The notes under the pieces are model-generated. The model was not told the DNA's origin, made no database searches, and worked only from the letters and a program-made list of their open reading frames with translations. From positions 1,260,001 through 1,292,000 of the forward strand of contig NZ_CP013213.1 of assembly GCF_001545095.1 (NCBI RefSeq): a stretch of 32,000 nt of DNA. Direction: 5' to 3'. Origin of the DNA: Erysipelothrix larvae. Lineage in GTDB: Bacteria > Bacillota_I > Bacilli_A > Erysipelotrichales > Erysipelotrichaceae. Positions 1-8,974 of this stretch are shown in pieces (position 1 is the first letter of the stretch; each line of letters begins with the position of its first letter). Position numbers and translations under genes: made by a program.

Positions 1-540
1 TACCTTGCCTTGAATTCCTACAGGATGTCCCTTAGCACCTTCGATTTTTGAAGTCATTATGTAAGCAAAGTCTTTTCTAACTTCAATGAGCACCGGAATA
101 TCAGGTTTTCTTACATTTACTTTTAATTCCGTTTCTCGAAGTATTTTCCCTGCAACATAGCGGTTAATTTCATCGGAAACATGTGGGAATGATTTATCAT
201 TTCTACGAGCAATAATTTTAAACGTTTTATCAGTCTCATCTTTGACACATTCATATGCTGCATCTGCGATTGCATCCAAGTCTTTCTCAACTTTTACTGC
301 TAAAGAGAAGGATGAAAGACCAAACACCTTACTAAGTTCTTTTGATACCGCCTCGCCATCTTCACCATTTAATGTAATATATAAACGATCAAAGGTTGGT
401 CTGTACTCGAGATTTTCAAATTGTTCACACTGTGCTTTGATATTCTTGATTAACTGACGGGTAAAGTCTTTACGGTTCTTCCCTTTTGTTGAGAGTTCAC
501 CATAGCGACATACGATAAACTCATACTGTTTGTTGTACAT
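1..540 (-). CDS. thiI: tRNA 4-thiouridine synthase ThiI, N-terminal part (3' end lies beyond the left edge)
   Basis: Minus-strand ORF open to the window edge, not in the supplied track. ATG at 540-538 lies 9 nt after AAGGAGA. Translation MYNKQYEFIVCRYGELSTKGKNRKDFTRQLIKNIK... matches the ThiI N-terminal signature (GEhxxKGKNR). It lies directly downstream of a cysteine desulfurase, as in Bacillus nifZ-thiI. Confidence 0.8.
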   Translation of the reverse strand, partial: MYNKQYEFIVCRYGELSTKGKNRKDFTRQLIKNIKAQCEQFENLEYRPTFDRLYITLNGEDGEAVSKELSKVFGLSSFSLAVKVEKDLDAIADAAYECVKDETDKTFKIIARRNDKSFPHVSDEINRYVAGKILRETELKVNVRKPDIPVLIEVRKDFAYIMTSKIEGAKGHPVGIQGKV

Positions 541-1675
541 ATTCTTTTGTCTCCTTAATAATTCGAATGACTGCTTCAATATCTTCTTGTTGCGTATCAT
601 AGCCAATACTGATACGAATCGTATTTAGTGCCATGGCAGGATTTAGTCCAATTGCAAGTAACACTTCAGATGGTTTGTCTGATTCTGAATGACAGGTTGA
701 TCGCGCTGAAACCATATAACCTTCACGATTGAGTGCGTTCATCATAATTTCAGACCCCACATTCTTAATGGACATATTGATTATATATGGACTAGCATCG
801 TGTGGTGAATTGATAATCACATCATCCAAATCCTCAAATGCTTCACGTAACATGTGATTCAACATGACAATATGTGCATGTTTTTGGTGATGCAACGCTT
901 CTTCAAGTCGAATCGTTTTCGCCCACAGTATATCCGATACTGAGTCTAAAGTCCCACCTCGAAGCCCCTGTTCTTGTTGTCCTCCACTAATCAGTGGAAT
1001 CATGGGTACATGTGCTTTTTTTATGAGCAGTCCGCTTCCTTTAAAGCCATGAATCTTATGCGCACTAAACGATACACCATCCACTTGTTTTAATGAAAAA
1101 TCATATTTACACAAAGCTTGGACTGCGTCAATATGCACATATGCATGTGAGTGTTTCTTTACAACTCTCACAATCTCTTCAATGGGATTAATGCTCCCCA
1201 GTTCATTGTTAATGGCCATGATGCTGACCAAAATAGTGTCTTCACGCAGTGCTTGTTTCAAGACATTTAGATCAACGACACCTTGAGATGTAACGGGTAA
1301 GTATGTCACATCGAAGCCAAAGACATCGTGGAGTTGTCTGCATGATTCAATGACGGAACTGTGTTCAACTTGGGTTGTGATAATATGCTTCCCCTTGTGC
1401 ATATTCGCAAAGCAAACCCCTTTAATAAAGGTACTGTTTGACTCACTTCCCCCTGATGTAAAGATAATTTCTTGAGGTAACACACCAAATCGTTTTGCGA
1501 GTGTTTTTCGTGTTGTATCAATAAGCGCAGAAACACGCTGACCCATATCATGCAATGAGTCAGCGTTTGCGTAAAACTTCTTATTTAATGTGATGGCATC
1601 ATCGAGGATTTCATCAAAAACACGGGTAGTGCTTGCGAAATCCAAATAGACACTCTTATTTTGCACTTTGGGCAT
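521..1675 (-). CDS. iscS: Class V aminotransferase / cysteine desulfurase (NifZ/IscS-like, ThiI partner)
   Basis: 384 aa. N-terminus has VYLDFASTT, the PLP-lysine motif is FSAHKIHGFKGSGLL, and the C-terminal region has SARSTCHS with the catalytic Cys. Overlaps thiI by 20 nt. Confidence 0.85.
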   Translation of the reverse strand: MPKVQNKSVYLDFASTTRVFDEILDDAITLNKKFYANADSLHDMGQRVSALIDTTRKTLAKRFGVLPQEIIFTSGGSESNSTFIKGVCFANMHKGKHIITTQVEHSSVIESCRQLHDVFGFDVTYLPVTSQGVVDLNVLKQALREDTILVSIMAINNELGSINPIEEIVRVVKKHSHAYVHIDAVQALCKYDFSLKQVDGVSFSAHKIHGFKGSGLLIKKAHVPMIPLISGGQQEQGLRGGTLDSVSDILWAKTIRLEEALHHQKHAHIVMLNHMLREAFEDLDDVIINSPHDASPYIINMSIKNVGSEIMMNALNREGYMVSARSTCHSESDKPSEVLLAIGLNPAMALNTIRISIGYDTQQEDIEAVIRIIKETKEYVQQTV

Positions 1676-3398
1676 TCTTTTGAATCAACTCCTCATAAGA
1701 ACCGTCCGGGCGATATTTATCAATTGTTTGAATAATAGTTTTCAAACTTTGTGTATATTCCCCATTGTTAAATGCAATTTCTGCACGGGTTAACTCCGTA
1801 TCAATTTCCGCAATATACGCTCGATATCGGTTTGCATATACAATCGCATTTTCGCACATATCAACCACACCCACAAGATTGTTTACATTGTTGTGAAGTT
1901 TGTAGGTAAAGTCAATGGCTTCTGCTACTGTCGCATTTAAGCGTCCAACATCCAAGACTTCTTGGTCGAGTAAATCATTAACTTGACGTGCATATTGTTT
2001 TGCATGCCGTACATCTTGTTCATATTCTTCAGAAATTTCTGGAAAACTTCTGCGTTTAATTCGGACTTGGACATCATTAATAATGAGATACAACTTCATG
2101 AGTTGTTGACGTGCTCTGAGTTCATCTGCATTAGCTTGCGACACCTCTTTACTTAACACATCAAAATCAGCTGCAAGAATTTGACAATCTTGGGTTATTT
2201 CTCGGATTGCAATGACAATCGAAGTTGCAGGTATTTTTTCTTCATCAATCATACGCACCACATGGTTACGTTTTTCGTTAAGTTCACCAATGCGGGTTTC
2301 ACATGAATCCAAGCGTGATTCAAAATCTTTAATATCAAATCGTGATGCAATAAGTCCACGTTGTTTATCTAAATGTCCGATTGCTTCAATAAGTTCATCA
2401 ATCACTTCATAAATTTGGCGCGAGGTCACAACCATTTCTTCATGAGACTTCGCTTCTTTTTGAATGTGTTCTGTAATTTGTTCAAGACGTGTAATCAATT
2501 CATCCAAATTTTCATCTGCACGTTCAATATCACCATAGTTAATGCGCACTAAGTCTTCTTTTAAAGACTCTGAAACAAACCCAATATTCTTAGGAACTTC
2601 CAAATGACTCAAATAGACGCCAAAGGATCGCGCATTTTGAAACACTGATGACACTGAGTCCAAAAGATGCGGAATGATTCCTTTCGCTTTTTCATATAAT
2701 TTAGGAATTGTATTGATGCGGTATTCATAATCATCGATTTCTTTTGAAATCTGAATGTTCAACTCTTTAGCTTTCTCAAAATCAGAGGCAAACATCCATT
2801 CTTCAAAGGTAGAAAAGAGTTGCTCAATATCACGGGTTTGTGATTCCAAAATGCCAAAACTATCTGCATACATGGACTCGTTGCTCATTAATTGAGCCTT
2901 TATTTTTCTAAATCGATCTTTCTGTGTTGTGATTTCAACACGTTGTTGTGTTTCTTGTTCTAAAACAGAATTCAAGCGGTGATCTAAATCATGGGTTGAT
3001 GTCAAACTTTCGCCAAGCATATCTTGTAAATCAACAATTGACTTACTTGCTATGGATAGTTTTCCAAATTGAATCAAATCCTCAACCTCTCCCATCAATG
3101 CAATAATATCATTATGATAGGAATTGACTGTATCATACTCGGCTTTAATCTCTGTTACTTCTTTTTCGAGTTCTTTATTAATTTTTATTAGACTATTCGA
3201 TTTATTAATTTTGAACGAAAGTGGAATACTAATCAATTCATTATACATCACTTCGATTCGTTCAAATTGTCGTTTCAATTGTTTTTTCTTATAAGCACGT
3301 CTTCCCACAACAAATGCTAAGATGGCGATAACACTCAACAGACTCATCCAAAAAATAGGTTTCTGAATAAAATTAACTATATCACTTGCTTTTAACAT
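1656..3398 (-). CDS. ezrA: Septation ring formation regulator EzrA
   Basis: About 580 aa with a single N-terminal TM helix (IFWMSLLSVIAILAFVVG) followed by a long coiled-coil region. The C-terminal ANRYRAYIAE matches the EzrA QNR patch. I place the start at ATG 3398, 5 nt after GAGGTGA, rather than the track GTG at 3407, which lies inside that RBS. Confidence 0.8.
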   Translation of the reverse strand: MLKASDIVNFIQKPIFWMSLLSVIAILAFVVGRRAYKKKQLKRQFERIEVMYNELISIPLSFKINKSNSLIKINKELEKEVTEIKAEYDTVNSYHNDIIALMGEVEDLIQFGKLSIASKSIVDLQDMLGESLTSTHDLDHRLNSVLEQETQQRVEITTQKDRFRKIKAQLMSNESMYADSFGILESQTRDIEQLFSTFEEWMFASDFEKAKELNIQISKEIDDYEYRINTIPKLYEKAKGIIPHLLDSVSSVFQNARSFGVYLSHLEVPKNIGFVSESLKEDLVRINYGDIERADENLDELITRLEQITEHIQKEAKSHEEMVVTSRQIYEVIDELIEAIGHLDKQRGLIASRFDIKDFESRLDSCETRIGELNEKRNHVVRMIDEEKIPATSIVIAIREITQDCQILAADFDVLSKEVSQANADELRARQQLMKLYLIINDVQVRIKRRSFPEISEEYEQDVRHAKQYARQVNDLLDQEVLDVGRLNATVAEAIDFTYKLHNNVNNLVGVVDMCENAIVYANRYRAYIAEIDTELTRAEIAFNNGEYTQSLKTIIQTIDKYRPDGSYEELIQKNAQSAK

Positions 3399-3620
3399 CC
3401 CAATCACCTCGTCTTGGATATTGTATCATAGAGACTATGTCATGTCATGCTTTTGCGAACACATAAAATTTGAAAATTATTACATAAATTCGATAACGCA
3501 GTAAAAATTGTGGAATGTGTTTATTTCATCCCAATAAGTGAAATTATGTGAGTGCTTTTCTTCAATTTTTAGAACACTGGGTTTATTCTTATCAATATAT
3601 GGATTAATTCGTCTAAATCA

Positions 3621-3649
3621 TTGACGAAACGACACAGATAGCGTAATAT
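3621..3649 (+). promoter_or_regulatory. SigA-type promoter of rpsD
   Basis: TTGACG (3621-3626), a 17-nt spacer, then TAATAT (3644-3649). Confidence 0.6.
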
Positions 3650-3655
3650 ATTAGA

Positions 3656-3816
3656 GCGTCATTTACATGCAGCATGTAAAGCTGGTTGCCATAGTTTGAA
3701 CCGCGGCAGGGATCCAAAGTACCCAAGCTGTAAGTGGGAAACGGACATATTCAAACTCAACATCGAGTAATTTACAACCAATGCTTGTATCGACGAACAA
3801 GAGGAGGTCATTTTAA
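3656..3816 (+). promoter_or_regulatory. Structured rpsD 5' leader (candidate S4 autoregulatory site)
   Basis: Untranslated leader of about 160 nt. It has a 5' hairpin, tttacatgc-a-gcatgtaaa (3662-3680), and a perfect 8-bp long-range pairing of agtttgaa (3693-3700) with ttcaaact (3750-3757) enclosing a GC-rich segment. B. subtilis rpsD is known to be autoregulated through its leader. Confidence 0.5.
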
Positions 3817-4419
3817 ATGGCAAGAATTAAAGGTCCAGTATGGAAGAAATCTCGTCGTCTTAGCTTCTCAGTTTTAGAAACTGGTGAAGAACTACGCCGT
3901 CGCGACTATGCCCCAGGGCAACACGGTAAAGCACGTCGTGCAAAATTATCAAACTACGGTTTACAATTACGTGAAAAACAACGTGTACGTTTTATGTATG
4001 GTGTTTCTGAAAAACAATTCTACAACACATACCTACGTGCAACAAAAATGGATGGTGTGACTGGTCACAACTTCTTCAACTTACTAGAATCTCGTCTAGA
4101 TAATGTTGTTTACAGAATGAACTTAGCACGCACACGTCGTGGTGCGCGTCAATTAGTTAACCACGGTCATATCTTAGTTGATGGAAAGAAAGTTGATATT
4201 CCTTCATACAGAGTAACACCGGGTCAAACAATTGAATTACGTGAAAAATCACGTAACTTGGAAAGTGTTAAAGATGCATTGGCTGCAAATGTTGGCCGCG
4301 TAGATTACGTAACTTTTGATGAAAACACAATGAAAGGTACATTCACTCGTTTACCAGAACGTAGCGAATTAAACCAAGAAATTAACGAAGCGCTTATCGT
4401 TGAATTCTACAACCGTTAA
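3817..4419 (+). CDS. rpsD: 30S ribosomal protein S4
   Basis: 200 aa beginning [15 protein letters not shown], with an S4 RNA-binding domain ([39 protein letters not shown]). RBS is AGAGGAGG. Confidence 0.97.
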   Translation: MARIKGPVWKKSRRLSFSVLETGEELRRRDYAPGQHGKARRAKLSNYGLQLREKQRVRFMYGVSEKQFYNTYLRATKMDGVTGHNFFNLLESRLDNVVYRMNLARTRRGARQLVNHGHILVDGKKVDIPSYRVTPGQTIELREKSRNLESVKDALAANVGRVDYVTFDENTMKGTFTRLPERSELNQEINEALIVEFYNR

Positions 4420-4432
4420 TCGGTTCATAAAG

Positions 4433-4456
4433 AAGATGGGAAACCATCTTTTTTTG
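4433..4456 (+). terminator. rpsD intrinsic terminator
   Basis: Hairpin aagatgg-gaaa-ccatctt followed by a T7 tract. Confidence 0.7.
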
Positions 4457-4471
4457 ATGGTGTTAGAAAAG

Positions 4472-4500
4472 AAAAACTCGAAATGATTTCGAGTTTTTTT
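4472..4500. terminator. Bidirectional intrinsic terminator
   Basis: Perfect palindrome AAAAACTCGAAAT-g-ATTTCGAGTTTTT flanked by A and T tracts. It lies between convergent rpsD and the 4504 gene. Confidence 0.7.
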
Positions 4501-4503
4501 ACT

Positions 4504-5070
4504 TTATTGTCCAATAAATGCTTCAATCTTTGATAAATACTCAAGACGGGATGCTTCTAAATGTACTGTAGCACAGTGAATCCAGGTTACATTGTGGATT
4601 CCAATCATCGCAAAGATACCATTAATTGTTGTTTGACCAATTGGGTCTCCTACATATTTTAAGATTTCTTCAGTCACACTTGCGGTTGTGAATACTGCAC
4701 CTTTTTGAATATTGAGTAATCCTGTAAGTTTGTGATTCACTTCCCCATATGCTTGACCTTTCAACATCACTTTGTCAAAAAAACCTTTCAGCATTGCTGG
4801 CATACCATACCACCAAATTGGAAATACAAAGATGATTTCATCGGCTTCTTTAACGCGTTTAATGTAATTTGCTGCAAGTTCGTCGTGATACTCACCTTTT
4901 CCAAACAATCTCAAATCATCTTGTGTAAAAGCTGGATTGAACCCGTCCTTATGCAAGTCAATCACATCCACACTATACCCTTTTGCTTCAAGTTTAGAAA
5001 CTGTAGTTTCTAATACAAAATGGTTAAAACTTTCTTCCCACGGATGGGTATATACTACTAATGTCTTCAT
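4504..5070 (-). CDS. Flavodoxin-like fold NAD(P)H dehydrogenase (quinone) family protein
   Basis: Begins MKTLVVYTHPWEESFNH and contains FVFPIWWYGMPAMLKGFFDKV, typical of the Flavodoxin_2/NQO-like family. Start placed at ATG 5070 after GGAAGGA; the track start at 5091 has no RBS. Confidence 0.7.
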   Translation of the reverse strand: MKTLVVYTHPWEESFNHFVLETTVSKLEAKGYSVDVIDLHKDGFNPAFTQDDLRLFGKGEYHDELAANYIKRVKEADEIIFVFPIWWYGMPAMLKGFFDKVMLKGQAYGEVNHKLTGLLNIQKGAVFTTASVTEEILKYVGDPIGQTTINGIFAMIGIHNVTWIHCATVHLEASRLEYLSKIEAFIGQ

Positions 5071-5148
5071 GTTAATCCTTCCAACATGCACTTTATATTA
5101 TAAAGCATCGAAAGGAATGTTGCATTAAATTTTTTTATAGCGGATCAC

Positions 5149-6189
5149 TTATTTTTCTCCAACTCGTCTTGCATCAAAAATGGATGGGTCTGAATCTTGT
5201 TTTAAGATAAATTGTGAAAGTTTATATGCAAGGTACGGACCGGTTGTGAGGCCTGAAGATCCAAGACCTGCAATCACAAACACGTTTTTATTGAGCTGTG
5301 TGATATAGGGAGTTTTGTCTTTTGAAACACTACGAACACCAACCATCACCGAATCAATAGCGTCCATTTTGATTGATGGTATAGTCGTTTTTGTTTGCAA
5401 TAAGAGCTTTTCGATGACATCTGTTTCAACATCAAAAGAATCAAAAACATCTTGATGGGAGGCACCTATTGCAATGACTTGGTTTCGACTCAGAATGTCA
5501 ATTTCTCCTTGTGGCATGATGACGGGTTGATTGGGAAGTGTTTGATATGTGTCATTCAACGTCAACATCATTCCTTTTTGCATGGTTGAATCGATATCAA
5601 ATGAATCCAGAAGATCCGAGGTAAATCCTCCAGCACAAACACAGATGGTATCAAAATCAGTGCCATTAATGCCACAATCGCCTGTTAAATGAGCCCATTG
5701 TTGGTGAAATTGAATCTGACTTTTTTGTTTCAATCGTTCTAATAACGTTGCGCCTTCGATTTGAAACCCACCTGGAATAAAAAGCGCTTGATTTGGGATT
5801 TTTATATAAGGTGGTAATAACGATGTCATTGCTTTTTGATTTAGTATCTGTGGTATTCCCATGATTGGCTCTTCTTTAGCGTGATCCAGTGCAATAGTGT
5901 AGAAACGATCCAAATTTTCATGGAATAACAAAACACCATTTTGGATCATAAAGGAAGAATCATTCATATCACAGGAGAGTTCATGCAAACATTTTACGCC
6001 TTCTTTTGCGATATGATACCACGTTTTATTCCGTCTTTGACTTACCCAAGGACAAATGATTCCCACAGCATTTTTGGTCCCTTGATACGTATCGATGTCA
6101 TAAACATGAACTTCATGCTCTGAATCTTTTGAAAGATAATATCCTAAAATTGCACCAACTATTCCATATCCAATGATTCCAATTTTCAT
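5149..6189 (-). CDS. FAD-dependent oxidoreductase (DAO/glycine-oxidase-like family)
   Basis: 346 aa. The N-terminal dinucleotide fold is MKIGIIGYGIVGAILGYYL...VHVYD. RBS is AAAGGGGAG. Confidence 0.65.
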   Translation of the reverse strand: MKIGIIGYGIVGAILGYYLSKDSEHEVHVYDIDTYQGTKNAVGIICPWVSQRRNKTWYHIAKEGVKCLHELSCDMNDSSFMIQNGVLLFHENLDRFYTIALDHAKEEPIMGIPQILNQKAMTSLLPPYIKIPNQALFIPGGFQIEGATLLERLKQKSQIQFHQQWAHLTGDCGINGTDFDTICVCAGGFTSDLLDSFDIDSTMQKGMMLTLNDTYQTLPNQPVIMPQGEIDILSRNQVIAIGASHQDVFDSFDVETDVIEKLLLQTKTTIPSIKMDAIDSVMVGVRSVSKDKTPYITQLNKNVFVIAGLGSSGLTTGPYLAYKLSQFILKQDSDPSIFDARRVGEK

Positions 6190-6582
6190 GACACTCCCCT
6201 TTGTTTTTTGTTTACTTTATTGAGTATTTAAAAACGCACTAACATCTTTAAATGATTTGTAAACCACCCGATTTTTTGTATTTAATCTTAACAAAATCTT
6301 AAACCTTTTTGTCTTTCACCTTAATCAATAACTTGATAAAATAAATCCATCAAGCAATAATTTGTTTGAATTAGCACATAGAAATATATGCTATATAAAA
6401 AAACAGGGTAGTTTTAAAAATAGTGACATAATGCGAATATTTTGCTGATTAAATCACGGTTGCGTTGATTAAATTGTGTGAATCTGACCGTAATACTGTA
6501 TTATTTGAATTAGTACAGTAGTTTAGTCTTGTCTTTTCTCACTAAATAAACTATCATTAATAAGGTATGGTTGGAGTATATT

Positions 6583-8916
6583 ATGAAATTAATTAGCGGA
6601 TTAAGTAATCAAGAAGTTCAAAGACTTACATCACTTGGGAAAACTAATAAAATGCCTGAACTTGAATCTCGAAGTAATCTTGAGATTATATCAAGTCATG
6701 TGTTTACATTGTTTAACCTCTATAATCTTATCATAGGTGCAGCCCTTTTGTATGTTCAGGCATATACTTCACTCTTTTTTGTTGGCGTCATGTTATCAAA
6801 TATTGTGATATTTTCAGTTCAAGAAATACGGTCTAAAAACCTCATAAACAAATTAAATATTATTGTATCACCTAAAGCACTGGTTATTCGCGAAGGTGAA
6901 AAGCAGCATATTGACAATGAGTCAATTGTCTTAGGTGATGTCATTCAATTTGAACCAGGGCATCAAATTCCTGCTGATGCACGAATATTAGAAGGCTACG
7001 TGGAAGTTAACGAATCTCTACTCACTGGTGAAGCTGAGCCGGTTGATAAAGGACAAGGTGATGCATTGTTGTCGGGTTCTTTTATTGTAAGTGGGGTCTG
7101 TTATGCGCAAGTAATCCGGGTTGGTCAAGATAATTATGCTTACAAGATTACTTCACAAGCTAAAGAAAAGCGGGTCATTGCATCAGAACTAATTATGACG
7201 TTTCGAAAAGTTACACGCTTAACATCAATATTTATTGTACCACTGGGTGCGTTGTTGCTCTATCAAGGCTTGTTTGTAAGAGATCAAGGACTCAGCAGTG
7301 TGATTGTGAATACATCTACAGCGCTTTTAGGAATGTTACCCCAAGGACTCGTATTACTGACAACGGTGAATTTAATGAATTCAGTGCTCCACCTTGGATC
7401 AAATAAGACCTTGATTCAAGATTTATATGCAATTGAAACCTTGTCTCAAGTAGATGTTTTGTGCCTTGATAAAACAGGTACGATCACCTATGGTGACATG
7501 CAGGTCATCGACACTGAAATCATCGACCCAAACTTTTCTGATTATATGCAATCATTTATTAAGAATTCATCTGATAACAATGCAACCTTTAGCGCTCTTT
7601 CACGAAAATATGATGAAGATGGACAAAGTTATCCTGTTAACAGTTCCGTTCCCTTCTCTTCCCTTCGTAAATGGAGTGCCATGAACTTTGAAGGTCATGG
7701 AGCCATCGTAATTGGAGCACCTGAAGTAATCATGCCAAACATGCATTTATCGGAACACATGCATGCGTTACGCTTTGAAGGTGCGCGCATTATCGCGGTT
7801 GCGAAAGCAAGCATTCTGGTAGAAAAAGAAACAGACATTGGTCATGCGCCATTAAGTCTTATGGCTACCATTGCACTAAAAGATCCGATTCGAACGGATG
7901 CACCAGATGCACTTAACTTCTTTCATGAGAATGATGTTACGGTTAAGGTTATCTCAGGGGATAATCCTGAAACAGTGTATTCAATTGCGAAACAGGCGGG
8001 TGCGCATGTTCAAGATAAAGCAATTGATGCAACACAACTCATTACAGATAAAGATCATGAAGATGCAATATTAAATTACAACATTATCGGTCGTGCGACA
8101 CCGGATCAAAAGCTTAAGTTTATTGAAATTCTCAAAGAAAATCAATTAAAAGTTGCCATGACGGGTGATGGGATTAACGATGTACTTGCCCTTCGCAAGT
8201 CGGATTGTTCAATCGCGATGGGTGAAGGCAGTGATGCAGCACTCCATATTTCACAAGTGGTAATAATGGATGGAAAACTTTCGACACTTGTGGATGTATT
8301 TAAAGAAGGACGGCAAGTAATCAATAGTATTACACGATCTGCATCGATGTATTATCTAAGAACCATTATCACCATCTTCTTATCAATTATCGCAGTCATC
8401 TTAAATGTTCCCTTTCCATTCATTCCATTCCAAATCACACTAACCAATATGTTTGTTGATGGATTCCCATCTTTTATGCTCTTATTTGAAATGAACATAG
8501 AGAAACCTAAAGATACCATTCTACAACACGTAGCACGCTTTGCGATTCCTAATGGTATTGCAATTATCATCTTATGGATTGGCATGAATATTGGGCATCA
8601 AGCGCTTGGAATATCCAGTGCATCAATCGAAACAATCATGTTTTTCATTAATGCATTCATCTCACTTCAATTGATCTATCGGATTTATAAGCCACTCAAT
8701 CTCTATCGTATCGGGGTGTTAATCGTAAATTTCGTTGGGTTTGTACTTGGCGTTTTACTCTTTTGGAACTGGCTTGAGTTGGAGTATTTAACACTGCATG
8801 AGATTACAATTACACTTCTAGCCTGTGCCGTTTCCTTAATCATCATCTACCTATTTCATGGCTTCATTGATTCGTGGATAACAAAACACAGTAAAAATCA
8901 AGCATCACCATATTAA
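6583..8916 (+). CDS. Cation-translocating P-type ATPase of uncertain specificity (atypical ion-site residues)
   Basis: Motifs seen: TGEAEP, DKTGTIT (phosphorylation site), DPIRTD and MTGDGINDVLALRK. TM4 reads PQGL instead of PEGL. Start placed at ATG 6583, 6 nt after GGAG; the track start is TTG 6571. Confidence 0.85.
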   Translation: MKLISGLSNQEVQRLTSLGKTNKMPELESRSNLEIISSHVFTLFNLYNLIIGAALLYVQAYTSLFFVGVMLSNIVIFSVQEIRSKNLINKLNIIVSPKALVIREGEKQHIDNESIVLGDVIQFEPGHQIPADARILEGYVEVNESLLTGEAEPVDKGQGDALLSGSFIVSGVCYAQVIRVGQDNYAYKITSQAKEKRVIASELIMTFRKVTRLTSIFIVPLGALLLYQGLFVRDQGLSSVIVNTSTALLGMLPQGLVLLTTVNLMNSVLHLGSNKTLIQDLYAIETLSQVDVLCLDKTGTITYGDMQVIDTEIIDPNFSDYMQSFIKNSSDNNATFSALSRKYDEDGQSYPVNSSVPFSSLRKWSAMNFEGHGAIVIGAPEVIMPNMHLSEHMHALRFEGARIIAVAKASILVEKETDIGHAPLSLMATIALKDPIRTDAPDALNFFHENDVTVKVISGDNPETVYSIAKQAGAHVQDKAIDATQLITDKDHEDAILNYNIIGRATPDQKLKFIEILKENQLKVAMTGDGINDVLALRKSDCSIAMGEGSDAALHISQVVIMDGKLSTLVDVFKEGRQVINSITRSASMYYLRTIITIFLSIIAVILNVPFPFIPFQITLTNMFVDGFPSFMLLFEMNIEKPKDTILQHVARFAIPNGIAIIILWIGMNIGHQALGISSASIETIMFFINAFISLQLIYRIYKPLNLYRIGVLIVNFVGFVLGVLLFWNWLELEYLTLHEITITLLACAVSLIIIYLFHGFIDSWITKHSKNQASPY

Positions 8917-8974
8917 ATTGGTGGTGTTTTTTTTAATATTTAAGCGTATAATGAACTAAAGGAGAAAAGATAAA

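Noticed and set aside
242-457. The 71-aa plus-strand ORF in the supplied track.
   Set aside because: It lies entirely antisense to the thiI coding frame, which has a clear family match. It has no RBS and a low-complexity translation.
6190-6582. M-box, Mn2+ (yybP-ykoY) or other metal riboswitch upstream of the P-type ATPase.
   Set aside because: I could not find the conserved cores of these families. Only short repeats and a weak hairpin are present, and these are reported separately as a low-interest observation.
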